Shown piece after piece: positions 19,963 to 30,900 of a stretch of 64,000 bases of DNA; the stretch's first letter is position 1, and each line of letters opens with the position of its first letter. The position numbers were made by a program, and so were the translations under genes. Origin of the DNA: Acidobacteriota bacterium (GTDB taxonomy: Bacteria; Acidobacteriota; UBA890; WLXD01). The notes beneath the pieces were generated by a model that was given only the letters and a program-made list of their open reading frames with translations, was not told where the DNA came from and did not search any database. The stretch is from the NCBI GenBank assembly GCA_963666055.2, contig CAXWPH010000011.1, forward strand, positions 96,001 to 160,000. Reading direction: 5' to 3'.

Positions 19963-21128
19963 ATGTCGCTCTCGCGTCGCGCGCTCTTCGGGGCTCACCC
20001 ACCAAATCGGAGCGAGCGGCCGGGAGCGTTGATCGCGGCCCGCGGCCGCGAAGCGCTGGTTGATGAGCCCTGGCCCAACATCGACGAAGCTGCGGCTGTC
20101 GCGCCGCCAGCCAGCGGTGAGATCCGTTTGATGTTCAACGAGAACCCGCTGGGGCCCGGGGAGCGGGCACTGGACGCCGTTCGCGAGGCGTTCCATGACG
20201 CCAGCCGTTATCCCGACAATACCAGCCCGAGCATGGGCGACCTGCAGGCAGCCCTGGCCGCGGCCAACGACGCCCGTCCGGAGCACGTGCTGCTTGGTGC
20301 GGGATCTGAGGAGCTTCTCAAAGACGCTGTTCAGGCATTCACCTCGAAGTCCAAGCACCTGGTTACCGCGACACCTACCTATGTGGCTTCAGCGCGCGTC
20401 GCCGAGTATCTGGGGACTGAGGTGAAAGCCATTCCCGTCGACAGCGACGGCAAGCTGAACTTGGGCGCGATGGCGGAGGCTTCCAGGGGCGCCGGTCTGG
20501 TCTTCGTGTGCAATCCGAACAATCCGACCGCGACGGTGCATCAGGCAGAGGCGATCGCCGAGTTTGTCGAGCGAGTGCAGCACGTCTCGCCGGAGACCGT
20601 CATCCATTTCGACGAGGCGTACCACGAGTACGTCACCGAACCCGGTTATCGGTCGGCGCTGTCGCTGGCGCTGTGGACGCCTAACGTCTTCGTCAGCCGC
20701 ACTTTTTCGAAGGTATACGGCTTGGCGGGGCTACGCATCGGCTACGCCGTGGGCCACAAGGACACGATCGCACAGCTGGGACGCTACGGGCTGCCCATCA
20801 ACACCAACAACGTCGGCGTCGCCGCCGCCTACGCTACTTTCCACGACTCGGTTCGTACGCGTCGCGAGAAACAGCGCAACGCCGAGGCACGGCGGTTCAC
20901 CATCGACTTCTTCAGGAAGGCGGGTCACGAGGTCTTCGAATCCAATACGAACTTCATCTTCGTGAACATCGGCCGCCCGGCAGCGGGATGCGCACCGCTT
21001 GCCAAGAGCACGGCATCCGTATCGGTCGCGACTTCCCGCCGATGGAAAGAACCCACGCGCGGATCTCGATCGGAACCATAGAACAGATGCAGCAGGCCAC
21101 CGAGGTATTCGCGAAGGTGCTGGCATGA
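19963..21128 (+). pseudogene. Aminotransferase gene A copy 2, frameshifted
   Basis: Aligns to 16862-18013; 1-nt loss near 20987 (gga tg cgc versus gat ctg cgg); C-terminus continues in another frame to TGA 21128. Confidence 0.85.
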
Positions 21129-22312
21129 GCCCGGCTACGAGGGAGAAGACAGGGATGTCCGTTTCACGACGCTCGTTCGTCAAGAAAGTCGGTATCGGCT
21201 CCGCCGCCGCAGCGATGATGGCCTACGATGGGCCGCGATCCGTGGCGCGAGCCTGGTCGCTATCGCTGCCGGAGGAAGAGCGCCCGGTATTTCTGCAATA
21301 CAACGAGAACCCGCTCGGCCCCGGTGCCCGGGCCCTGGATGCCATGGAAACCGGCATCACGGCCGGCAATCACCCCACCGCGCGCTACGGTCTCAGTAGG
21401 ACCGCCCTGGTAGACGCGATCACCGCAACGCAAGGGGTGCCACAGGCCAATATCGTCATCGGCAACGGCTCCACACAGATACTGCGCACGGCGACGCACG
21501 TTTTCACGTCGCCTTCCAAGCATCTGGTCACCGGCGCTCCCTCCTATGGTGAGTGCTCGGGCTACGCCGAGGTCATCGGCACGCCAGTCGAGTTCGTCCC
21601 GGTGAGCACTTCCATGCGGCTAGACCTCGATGCCATGGCCGATGCCGCCAAGGGCGCCGGCCTGATATTTGTCGACAACCCCAACAACCCGACCGCGACG
21701 CTACACGACGGCGACGCCATGGGCGCCTTCATCGATCGGGTCATGACCGAGTCCGAGGCCGTGATCCTCATCGACGAGGCGTATCACGACTACGTGATGG
21801 ATCCGGCGTATCGGTCGGAGATCACCCGCGCCGTGAGGAACAAGCGGATCCTGGTGGCCCGTACGTTCTCCAAGGCGCACGGTATGGCCGGGATGCGCAT
21901 CGGCTACGGTGTGGCGCACACCGACACGCTGGCCACCATGAATGAATGGCACTACGACAGCGGTCTCAATGTGGCGGCCATAGCCGGGGCGGCGGCTTCC
22001 CTGCGGGACACCGAGCACACCGCTGCCGAGCAAGCGCGCAACACCGAGGTACGCCGCTTCACCGTCGACTGATTCGAGTCGCGCGGCATTCACGGCACCG
22101 ACACGCAGACCAACTTCCTATTCGTGCGCACGGGCGTGCCGGCAGCGGACTTCCGCAGCGGCTGCGCCGAGTACGGGATCATCGTGGGGCGGAATTTCGC
22201 GCCGTTCCAAGATGCCTGGGCGCGGATCTCCCTGGGCACGATGGAGGAGATGCAGCGCGCTACAGAGGTCTTCGAGCACGTGCTAGAGCTCAAGAAGGTG
22301 GCCGTAGCCTAG
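21125..22312 (+). pseudogene. Aminotransferase gene B copy 2, internal stop
   Basis: Aligns to 18010-19197; Trp codon TGG is TGA at 22070-22072; frame continues to TAG 22312. Confidence 0.85.
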
Positions 22313-22337
22313 AGTCGACGCGCTGCCGAGCGAGCCG

Positions 22338-22680
22338 GAGGTCTGATGCTGCCGTGCGACCCTGCTGGCCCGCCGCGACACTTGCGGTAGCGGCGCTGGC
22401 CGTGCGCGCCGTAGTGCCAGTGTCGGTCGGCCTGGCCGCAGAGCCACCGCAGAGCCCGGAGGGCGCGGGCAACCGATCTACGCGCGACAGTGTGTACTCG
22501 AGCCACGAAGCTGGCCGCGGCCAGGCTCTCTACGAGCGCATCTGCAGCTACTGCCACGACATGACGGAGTTCGGCGTTGAATACATGACCGGATGGGAAG
22601 GTCAGCCGGTCGGAGCCCTCTTCGACTTCATCAGATCCTCATCGAGGGCCCTTTCAAGGAGCGTGCCGACCAACGTTGAT
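22338..22680 (+). pseudogene. Cytochrome c copy 2, start lost and internally deleted
   Basis: CSYCH retained; ATG reads AGG; 136 bp missing between two atcag repeats (copy 1 positions 19512 and 19648). Confidence 0.82.
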
Positions 22681-22920
22681 GCGCTCGCACCGGCAACCGA
22701 CCGCCCGCCGCTAGCAGGCCGTGGTGGGCCGAGGTGCCGCGTTGGGCAAGGTTCGCCGCCATCCTTGCCACCGTGGTCTGGCTCCTGTCGATTTCTGTTC
22801 GGCGCACACCTGCGGCTGGGGCAGGAACATCCGATGGTCATCCCGACAAAGGCGACGACGGAGCCCTGACCGGTTAGGATGGCGCAGCGTTCGGTGCCAC
22901 CTCTTCCTGGAGGATCTGCG

Positions 22921-23949
22921 ATGACCCGTCTACCCCGCATCGGTCTCGGATTGCTGGCGATCCTGATGGTTTCGGCCGCCCTGTCAAACGCTGGGGCTCA
23001 GAACAGCTCTCCCAACCCCTACCGTACCGTCGAGGGCGTCTGGGCCCAGCTCCCCGACGGCAGGCAGTGGGGCGCCACCAGCGCCGTCTACCCTGCCCTC
23101 GATGGCGTGAACATTTGGGTGGCCGAGCGCTGCGGTGCCAACACGTGCGTCGGCACGGACATGTCGACGATCTTCCTGTACTCGCCCGACGGTGCGGTGC
23201 TCAAGAGCTTCGGCGGCGACGGCCTCTTCGCCTGGCCGCACGGCATGCACGTCGACTCCGAGGGCAACGTCTGGGTCACCGACGCGGTCGGCTTCGGCGA
23301 GCCGCCGGAGGGCTTGGGGCATGTCGTCTACAAGTTCAGTGCCGACGGCGAGCTGCTGATGACGCTGGGCAAGAAGGGCATCGCCGGCGACGGCGAGGAT
23401 ACCTTCCGCCAGCCCTCGGACGTGCTGGTGGCCCCCAACGGCGATATCTTCGTCGCCGACGGCCACGGGGCTGATGGCAACAATCGGATCGTCAAGCTGT
23501 CGAGCGACGGAACCTTCATCAAGGCATGGGGACAGACCGGGCATGGCCCGGGTGAGTTCAGAGACCCGCATGCCCTGGCGATGGACTCTCAGGGGCGCCT
23601 GTTTGTCGGCGACCGTAGAAACCGCCGTATCCAGGTCTTCGACCAGGATGGAATCCACCTCGCCACCTGGACGCAGTTCGGTGGACCCAGCGGGCTGTAC
23701 ATAGACGCCAACGACGTGATGTATTCCGCCGATTCCGAATCCAACTCGAGCACCAACCCCGGTTGGAAGCGCGGCATCCGCATCGGCAGCGTCACCGACG
23801 GCTTCGTGACCGCGTTTATTCCCGATCCGGAGCCCGATCAGGACAACCTCGGAACCAGTGCCGCCGAAGGTGTCGCGGCCGACTCCATGGGGAACGTCTA
23901 CGGTGCCGAAGTCGGGCCGCAGGCGCTGAGGAAGCACATCAAGCGCTGA
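22921..23949 (+). CDS. Secreted NHL-repeat protein (peptidyl-alpha-hydroxyglycine lyase-like family)
   Basis: Signal peptide; WPHGMHVDSEGNVWVTD, QPSDVLVAPNGDIFVADGH, DPHALAMDSQGRLFVGDR. Confidence 0.85.
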   Translation: MTRLPRIGLGLLAILMVSAALSNAGAQNSSPNPYRTVEGVWAQLPDGRQWGATSAVYPALDGVNIWVAERCGANTCVGTDMSTIFLYSPDGAVLKSFGGDGLFAWPHGMHVDSEGNVWVTDAVGFGEPPEGLGHVVYKFSADGELLMTLGKKGIAGDGEDTFRQPSDVLVAPNGDIFVADGHGADGNNRIVKLSSDGTFIKAWGQTGHGPGEFRDPHALAMDSQGRLFVGDRRNRRIQVFDQDGIHLATWTQFGGPSGLYIDANDVMYSADSESNSSTNPGWKRGIRIGSVTDGFVTAFIPDPEPDQDNLGTSAAEGVAADSMGNVYGAEVGPQALRKHIKR

Positions 23950-23983
23950 GCAGGATCCTGCACTGAGGATCTCTGGCAGGGTG

Positions 23984-26503
23984 CTACTGACGGAGCTGAA
24001 CAGCAATCGCCTCGAACCGCGGATCGTCGCGAAGCGTCTCGAAGTCCGGCTCGTCCATCAAGGTCTCGATAACGGGAAACCCGTAGCGCCGCGCCCGTCG
24101 GAGCCATTCGAGGGCGGCGGGAACATCACCGCGTCGAGCCTCGATTCGGGCCAATTGGAAGGCAGTCTCCGCCGTCTCCGGGTGATCCTCGCCGAGCATC
24201 CGGAGCTCGATCTCGAGAGTCTGCAGGTATAGGAGCTCGGCCTCGTCGTTGCGTCCCTCATCCCGGAACAAAGAAGCCAGGTTGCATATAGACCACTGGG
24301 TACGAAGATGGTCCCCACCCAGCATACGGCGACGTAGATCCAGCGCGGTACGGAGCAGAGGCTCAGCAGCGCGGTATTGTCCGAGTTCCCGATAGGCCTC
24401 TCCCAGCAGGCTCATCGACTCCAGCGTATCGGGGTGATCCTCGCCGAGTGAGCGGCGAGCCCTCTCGACGCTCGGCTCCAGGATCGCCACGACGTCGTCG
24501 TACTGGCTGCGGTAGAAGTGCGACAGCCCCAGCACGTACTCAGAGGTAAGCGTGTATCGGTGCTCCTCACCCAGAACCCGGCGCCGCGCGGCGAGCACCT
24601 CGGTGGCGAGCGTCTCGGCCTCAGCGTAGCGCCCCTGACTGATCGACATCGAGGCGAGATTGTGGGCCAGGGTAAGGGTCAGCGGATGGTCCTCGCCGTC
24701 GGCGCGCCGCGCTACCTCGATGGCATCACGAGTGAGCTCCTCCGCCTCGTCGATGCGCCCTTGGTTTTGGAGCAGCGCCCCGAGGCTGAGCAACGCCTGA
24801 AGCGTATCCGGGTGCCCCTCGCCCAGAACGCTGGCGCGCGCCTCCACCGTCTGGCGCAAAAGATCCTCGGCCTCGACGTATCGAGCTTGACCGTTGTAGG
24901 CAAGCGCCAACACGCGCATCGAGTCGATGGTGTCCAGGTGCTGGACTCCCAGGACGCGCTGCCGGCTCGCGAGCACCTCGTCACCAAGCTGCTCAGCGAC
25001 CTCGAACTGCCCACGCTCAGTGTGCAGCTCAACCAAGTCGGCCTTCGATGCCAACGTCTGAGGGTCGTCGTACCCGAGCAGCTCGGTGCGCGACGACAGG
25101 GCGCGCTCAAGCAGCGGCAGCGCCGCCTCGTAGAGCCCGAGACTCGAATACACGTTGCCCATGGTCTCGAGCAGCTGCGCCTGAATCAGCGGTTCATCAT
25201 CGAGGTCTCCACGGATGCTGGCCACACCCTGATCGAGAATCTCCCTCGCAGTGACCGCGTTACCTCGTGCTTCGCTCGGATCAGAGACTTGGAAGAGCCC
25301 GCTCAGGAACTGCGACACCCGCTGCGCCGTCTCGGCCTCGCGGTTGGCTCGGTCGCGCTCGCGGGCGATGCGCACCGCCTGCAGGCTCATCGACGCTCCG
25401 AACGCGATCAGCAGCACGGCCAGGGTGGCGGCGGCCGTCACCCCAAAGCGGTGGCGGCGCACGAACTTGCGCATACGGTAGGCGGCACTGGGCGGCGTCG
25501 CTTCCACCGGTTCGTCCGCCAAGTACCTTCTGAGATCTGCCGCCAACTCCGCCGGTGAGCCGTACCTGCGCGTGCGGTCTTTCTCTAGCGACTTCATGGT
25601 GATCCAGTCAAGATCACCACGCAGCTCGCCCACTAGCGCCAGAGGGTCGGTCTGTCGTCGCGCCGCAGCGGCGATCGACGCATCCCCGAGGCCGCTCACT
25701 CGCGTGCTGGGCTTAGATGGCTCGTCTTCGCGGATCCTGCGGTGAATCTCGATCAGCCCCGCCTGGCGTAGCTCCCGCGCGTCAAAGGGCAGCGCCCCGA
25801 CGAGCAACTCGTACAGCACCACGCCGAGCGCGTAAACATCCGTCCGGGTGTCGACATCCTGCTGGCTCATCTCTGCTTGCTCGGGACTCATGTACTCTGG
25901 CGTGCCGATCAGCTGTCCGAGCTCGGTGAACACGGTATTTTCAGTGAGCCGCTGGGCTGTCGCCTTGGCGACGCCGAAATCGATGATCTTCGGAACCGCT
26001 TCGTCGTCCTGAACCGCCACGAGCACGTTCGACGGCTTGATGTCCCGGTGGATGATCGCTTTCTGGTGGGCATGCTGAACGCCCGCGCACACTCGCTGAA
26101 ACAGCTCCAGACGCTGTCGCACGCTGAGACGGTTGCGGTCGCAGTGGTCGGTGATCGGAATCCCCTGTACATACTCCATGACGAAGTACGGTCGCCCGCT
26201 CTCGGTCGCTCCGGCGTCGAACACCTTGGCGATGCATGGATGATCCATCATCGCCAAGGCCTGGCGCTCGGACTCGAAACGCGCCACGACCTGCTTGGTG
26301 TCCATACCGTGCTTGATCATCTTCAAGGCGACGCGGCGGCGCACGGGCTCGATCTGCTCAGCTAGGTAAACATCGCCCATGCCACCCTCGCCAATCTTCT
26401 GGAGGATTCGGTAGGGCCCGATCACTTCCTGGGCGTCGAGTTGCGAATCCCGAGCCACCGTGGTGCGCTCGGCGCGCTCGATCGGATCCCGCTCGTCGGT
26501 CAC
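23984..26503 (-). CDS. Hanks-type Ser/Thr kinase with TM segment and TPR repeats
   Basis: IGEGGMG, VALK, HRDIKPSN, DFG, GTPEYMSPEQ; repeated LGxxHPxT TPR units; GTG start at 26503 inferred. Confidence 0.93.
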   Translation of the reverse strand: MTDERDPIERAERTTVARDSQLDAQEVIGPYRILQKIGEGGMGDVYLAEQIEPVRRRVALKMIKHGMDTKQVVARFESERQALAMMDHPCIAKVFDAGATESGRPYFVMEYVQGIPITDHCDRNRLSVRQRLELFQRVCAGVQHAHQKAIIHRDIKPSNVLVAVQDDEAVPKIIDFGVAKATAQRLTENTVFTELGQLIGTPEYMSPEQAEMSQQDVDTRTDVYALGVVLYELLVGALPFDARELRQAGLIEIHRRIREDEPSKPSTRVSGLGDASIAAAARRQTDPLALVGELRGDLDWITMKSLEKDRTRRYGSPAELAADLRRYLADEPVEATPPSAAYRMRKFVRRHRFGVTAAATLAVLLIAFGASMSLQAVRIARERDRANREAETAQRVSQFLSGLFQVSDPSEARGNAVTAREILDQGVASIRGDLDDEPLIQAQLLETMGNVYSSLGLYEAALPLLERALSSRTELLGYDDPQTLASKADLVELHTERGQFEVAEQLGDEVLASRQRVLGVQHLDTIDSMRVLALAYNGQARYVEAEDLLRQTVEARASVLGEGHPDTLQALLSLGALLQNQGRIDEAEELTRDAIEVARRADGEDHPLTLTLAHNLASMSISQGRYAEAETLATEVLAARRRVLGEEHRYTLTSEYVLGLSHFYRSQYDDVVAILEPSVERARRSLGEDHPDTLESMSLLGEAYRELGQYRAAEPLLRTALDLRRRMLGGDHLRTQWSICNLASLFRDEGRNDEAELLYLQTLEIELRMLGEDHPETAETAFQLARIEARRGDVPAALEWLRRARRYGFPVIETLMDEPDFETLRDDPRFEAIAVQLRQ

Positions 26504-26589
26504 CGCTAGCCCCTGAGCGGTGGATCGAGCAACCTGTCCATCCGACGTGGTAGTGGACGGGCGGCGGGATGCGCGGCTCTGTTCTCCGA

Positions 26590-26800
26590 CCATGGTTGCA
26601 TCATCAGGAACCCGCCTCGTCTCAGGTACTGGCGCAGTCGGCGTCGCGTCGTCGGAGCGTTGAGCAGGCTGATCTGCCCCAGCCGGTCGCCATCGCTGGC
26701 AGACGGTAGCACGACGAGTCCAGTGCCAGGCGGGATACTCGCGGCGCGCTCCTCCACTTCACATGCGGCCGCCAACCACGCGCCAGGCGCCCAGAATAGC
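26590..26800 (-). pseudogene. Possible DUF4159-like remnant
   Basis: RRLRQYLRRGGFLM resembles the LRxYLxxGGFL motif; short and degraded; boundaries approximate. Confidence 0.3.
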
Positions 26801-26861
26801 TAGACTACGTTGCGGATCTTGAGTGGCACATGGGAGCAACGTATTGTAGCGAAGTCCGTTG

Positions 26862-27773
26862 ATGTTGGTTTCGGTATGCGTGGTTCTCGTGCTTGGCAGC
26901 TCCCCCAACGCGGCGGCATGGAGCCCTCAGGGCCACATGGTCACCGCGGCCATCGCCTACCAGGAGCTCCGACAGTCCGATCCAGCCACGCTGCGGGCGG
27001 TCATCGAGCTGCTCGAGCAGCACCCGCACTTCGCCGACCGGCTGGCGCCGCCGCGCGAGTGGAACCTGGACGACGACGACCGCGGACAGGCGATCTTCAT
27101 GCGCGCCGCACGGTGGGCCGACGACATCCGCTCCGGACGACACGAGAGCCATAGCCGCCCGACGTGGCACTACGTCAACTACCACTACTCGCCACCCGAG
27201 CTGACTCCGCCCAAGGCAACCGGCGACGGAGATCTGCTCAACGCGCTGCGCGATAGCAGGAACCGGCTGGCATCAAGCGCCAGCGGCGCCGATCGCGCCC
27301 TGGCCTTGACCTGGCTCTTTCACCTCGTTGGCGACATCCATCAGCCCCTGCACAGCGTTGCCCTAACCACGGCGCGCTACCCCGAGGGCGATCGAGGCGG
27401 CAATTCCTTCTACATCCGGGTGCGACCGGGCGAGGACACGATCAACCTGCATCAGCTCTGGGATGCGCTGGTCATCGGAACCGATTGCTTTCGAGAGGTG
27501 CGCAACCGCGCCATCGAGATCCGCGGCCGCGCGGCGACGGCGATGGCCGACGGCGGGACATTCGTCGGCAACCACGATTTCGAGGCGTGGGCCGCCGAAG
27601 GCGCACAAGTGGCGGTAGAGCACGTGTACTTGAGCGGCCAGCTGCGCGGCGGCACGCGGCGTTCCGGCACCCTGCTTCCACCAGGCTACCTCGACGCCAT
27701 CCGGCTTGTCGCGGAGCGGCGCGCGTTGCTGGCGGGCCATCGGCTTGTGCAATTGCTGCAGGCCAACTTCTAG
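26862..27773 (+). CDS. S1/P1 nuclease, secreted
   Basis: Signal peptide then WSPQGH, WADDIR, WHYVN, HLVGDIHQPLH, DRGGN, NLHQLWD. Confidence 0.93.
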   Translation: MLVSVCVVLVLGSSPNAAAWSPQGHMVTAAIAYQELRQSDPATLRAVIELLEQHPHFADRLAPPREWNLDDDDRGQAIFMRAARWADDIRSGRHESHSRPTWHYVNYHYSPPELTPPKATGDGDLLNALRDSRNRLASSASGADRALALTWLFHLVGDIHQPLHSVALTTARYPEGDRGGNSFYIRVRPGEDTINLHQLWDALVIGTDCFREVRNRAIEIRGRAATAMADGGTFVGNHDFEAWAAEGAQVAVEHVYLSGQLRGGTRRSGTLLPPGYLDAIRLVAERRALLAGHRLVQLLQANF

Positions 27774-27890
27774 CAGGGTCGTGAAGAACTCTGGTGGGTC
27801 TGGCGCGGGGGTCTTGCTGACGCTGAGTTCGGCGGCAACCCCCACGCGCCCTACGGATTACGACCCGCCAGGGTTTTCATCACCTGTTGA
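27770..27890. repeat. ~120-bp imperfect hairpin (MITE/REPIN-like or bidirectional terminator)
   Basis: tgaagaactctggtgggtc pairs with gacccgccagggttttca; ggcgcgggggt pairs with acccccacgcgcc; lies between convergent genes. Confidence 0.6.
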
Positions 27891-27931
27891 GACAAGGCAA
27901 CAGCACCGCCCGACTCACCACGGACCACCGG

Positions 27932-30900
27932 TCAGGCGGGTCGACCGAGATAAGCCCGCAACTGTGGCGGCACACTGCGCCGCACTAGCGCGCGCTGCAA
28001 CTGCCAGCGGACATCGGGTTCCTCGTCAACCAGGAACCGCACCTCACCAGCTTCTCGAACAGCAATCGGTATTCCCGCCCGGTACAGCACCCGGTTGTCG
28101 GCGATCGCGGCGACGCGACTGCCCGGCGTGACGATGCCGACAAGATTGAGCGGGTCGGCACCACTCAGCGAGATGAGTGCCTCATCATCCTGCCGCCGGA
28201 TTTTCCGCAGGCGTCCCACCGCCTCCGGCAACGCGAACTGTTCTCCTTGAAAGCCGGCCACGAAACGACCTCCGCGAATCTCCCCGCGTGCCTCCATACG
28301 ACGATAGACACGCACAAGATCGCGCCAAGGGGGAGCCGTGGCCTCGCGTGTCAGCAGGCGACGGAAGACTACCCCGTAGCGCCGCAGATAGAGCTCCGCG
28401 GCACCCTCGACGGCGTTCGGAGCGAGTTGGCGTCCGCTTTCCGGCACGCCGCTGCCCTGGGCTCGCGCGTCAACGCGCGCCGCGGCGCCGTCTGGTAGGT
28501 CGCCGGAGCTGGGCCGCGACAGTGACCAGCGCCCGGCGTTCTCCATTCCGAAGATTGCCGTGCGGCGGCGGCGCTTGGCACCCTTGCCTGGCCGCCGGCG
28601 ACTCGATGGCACCAGCAGGGCCCGGAGGCCGGTAAAGGAGTCCGCCGTTACCAGGCCCCACGCCGCCAGCTCACCGAGGGCATCCTCGAGTTGGTAGTCA
28701 AGCTGTCGGGTCGCACGAGCGAGGTCGCCGAAGAAACTGGCGCCATCCCGATGCAGAGCGGCGTGCGCCTCCCGCGCAGCGGACGAGAGCTCCAGATCTG
28801 CCGGCTTGGCACCGGGAGCAAGCGCCTCCCACAGATCGAGGTTGTGGCGCGTCACCAATGCAATGGGTGTGCTGCGGATCGGTCCCGACCGCGGGCTGAC
28901 GCGCGGCCCCCGACCAGGCGGTGAGAGCCGGCCCCAGGCCACCCGGCCCGAGAGACAGAGGGTATCGAGCCACACCGGATCGTATTGCAGCAGTCGAGCC
29001 GGCAAGATTTCCGACTCCCAGGCCGCCGCCGGCACCTCGAACCCCTCGAGTTGTTCCAAGAGCTTGACGAGGCTCTCCGGACCCTCGGCCTGCTCACCGG
29101 GCGCGACGCGCTGCCAGGCGAACAGGAAGCGCATGAAGTCGCGCGCCCGCACCGGCTCGATCTCGGCGCGCAGACGATTGAGGGTGTAGCGGTGGATCCG
29201 CGACAGCAGCCGCCGGTCGCACCACTCGGTAGCCTCGAGTCCGGGGGTAAAGTGGCCGCGGAACGCGAACCCCTCGGCCTCGAGGCCCAGGAGCGCCGCG
29301 TCGACTCGGAGAGTGTCGAGACCCAGCGAGTCGGCGATCTGTGGCACGGTCACCGGGCCCAACGCCTGCAGGCGCCCCCTGATGATCTCGATCAACGCTT
29401 GCTCGGGCGACCACTCCCGGCGAGCCGAGCGGGCCGGAGCCACGATCTCCGGCACCATCTCCCACAGGTCACCTAGCGGTCCGAGCAGGGCAGCGTATTG
29501 CGGCAGCCTTTCCGCCGCGATCCATATCCTGCACCGGTCCTCCATAGGGCGATCCGGCTCGCCCACTATCACCGTTGTGGCCCGCTTGTCGCGCACCAGA
29601 GCCGCGAAGTAGTCCGACCATGACTCGCCTTCCGTTTCGCTGATGAACCCGTGCAACAAGAGCGCGTCGTGTAGCTCATCCGGGCTTTCCGCGCCAGGCC
29701 AAGCCTCGCCGCGAACCCGGTCGAGCGCCCCCTGATCGAGCGCCGACAGGTCGTCAGCCGATTGGGGGTCGGCGAGGCGACGGGTTTGAATGGCTAGCGC
29801 GCGACGCTCCTCCAGCGGAGCGTCGTCGAGGAAGGCGTACGGCTTCGCGGCAATGATCTCGTGGGCCAGCGGCGAGGGCTCGCGTACGTCGCGCGCTACC
29901 AGCTTCTTCTTGCCGTCGACGATCTCCGCAAGCAAAGCCTTGAACTCGTCGAAGTCCATGGCCTCGTGCAGGCAGTCGCGAATCGTCTGTTGAACGAGCG
30001 GATGGTCCGGTATCTCGCGCGCCCCCTGGATGTTCTCCAGGCAAGCCAGAGAATCCGGGAAGATAACAGCCAGTAAGTCCTCCGCGTCCATACGCTGCAG
30101 CGTCGGTGCTAGCCGCTTGCCGCCCACCCAGCGTTTCACGGCCAGCGAGCGGGTCGCATTCCACCGCCATCGTACCGGGAACATCGGCGCGTCGAGAAAG
30201 GCCTGCACGAGCTTGTCGCGCACGCTCGCTGGCTGCAGGTAGTGAAAGACCTCTTCTAGCGGAAAGCTGTGCCTCGGCCCGAGCGACAGCATCAACGCAT
30301 CATCGCTGGCGGCCGCCTGCAACTCGAAGTTGAAGGTGCGGCAGAACACCTTTCGCAACGCCAAACCCCAGGCGCGATTGACCCGCATGCCGAAGGGAGA
30401 GTGCACCACGAGGTGCATATCGCCGGCCTCATCGAAGAAACGCTCCATGACGATGTTGTCGCGCGTCGGCATCGACGCCAACGCCACTCGCGACGCGGCC
30501 AGGTACTCGGTCGCCGCCCGTGCCGCCACCTCGCCGATTCCAACCTCGTCGCGAAGCCATTCGATCGCCGCCCTCAAGGCACTGGGATCTAGCGCGCTGC
30601 CGCGGTTGCCGGTGGGCGCCAGATCGTCGCTCTCCTGAGCCACGGCAGCGTCGACAGTTGGCGCATGTACAAACGGCCCCAGTCTGGCGTCGACCTCCGC
30701 GCGCAGGCGCGACACCGCCTCGGACAGCTCCTTGGTACGCCCCGGGGCCTCGCCCAACCAGAACGGCAGGCTGGGTGGCTGTCCCCTGGCATCCTCGACA
30801 CGAACCGTACCGGTCTCGATGCGTAGGATCCGCCAGGAGGTGTTGCCCAGCTGGAAGATGTCTCCCGGGAGGCTCTCGATGGCAAAATCCTCGTCGAGTG

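Larger units (their letters stand above)
16748..22834 (+). repeat. Head-to-tail tandem duplication, unit ~3.1 kb (copy 1 ~16748-19850, copy 2 ~19849-22834)
   Basis: Promoter blocks offset by exactly 3100 bp; both copies end in ...gctggggcaggaacatccga; same gene order. Confidence 0.95.

Noticed and set aside
22070-22072. In-frame TGA as recoding (Trp or selenocysteine)
   Set aside because: TGA terminates many normal genes here, the paralogue has TGG, and neighbouring copy-2 genes are also broken; a nonsense mutation is simpler.
24000-25200. Periodic sequence in the kinase gene as a DNA repeat
   Set aside because: Explained by degenerate TPR protein repeats.
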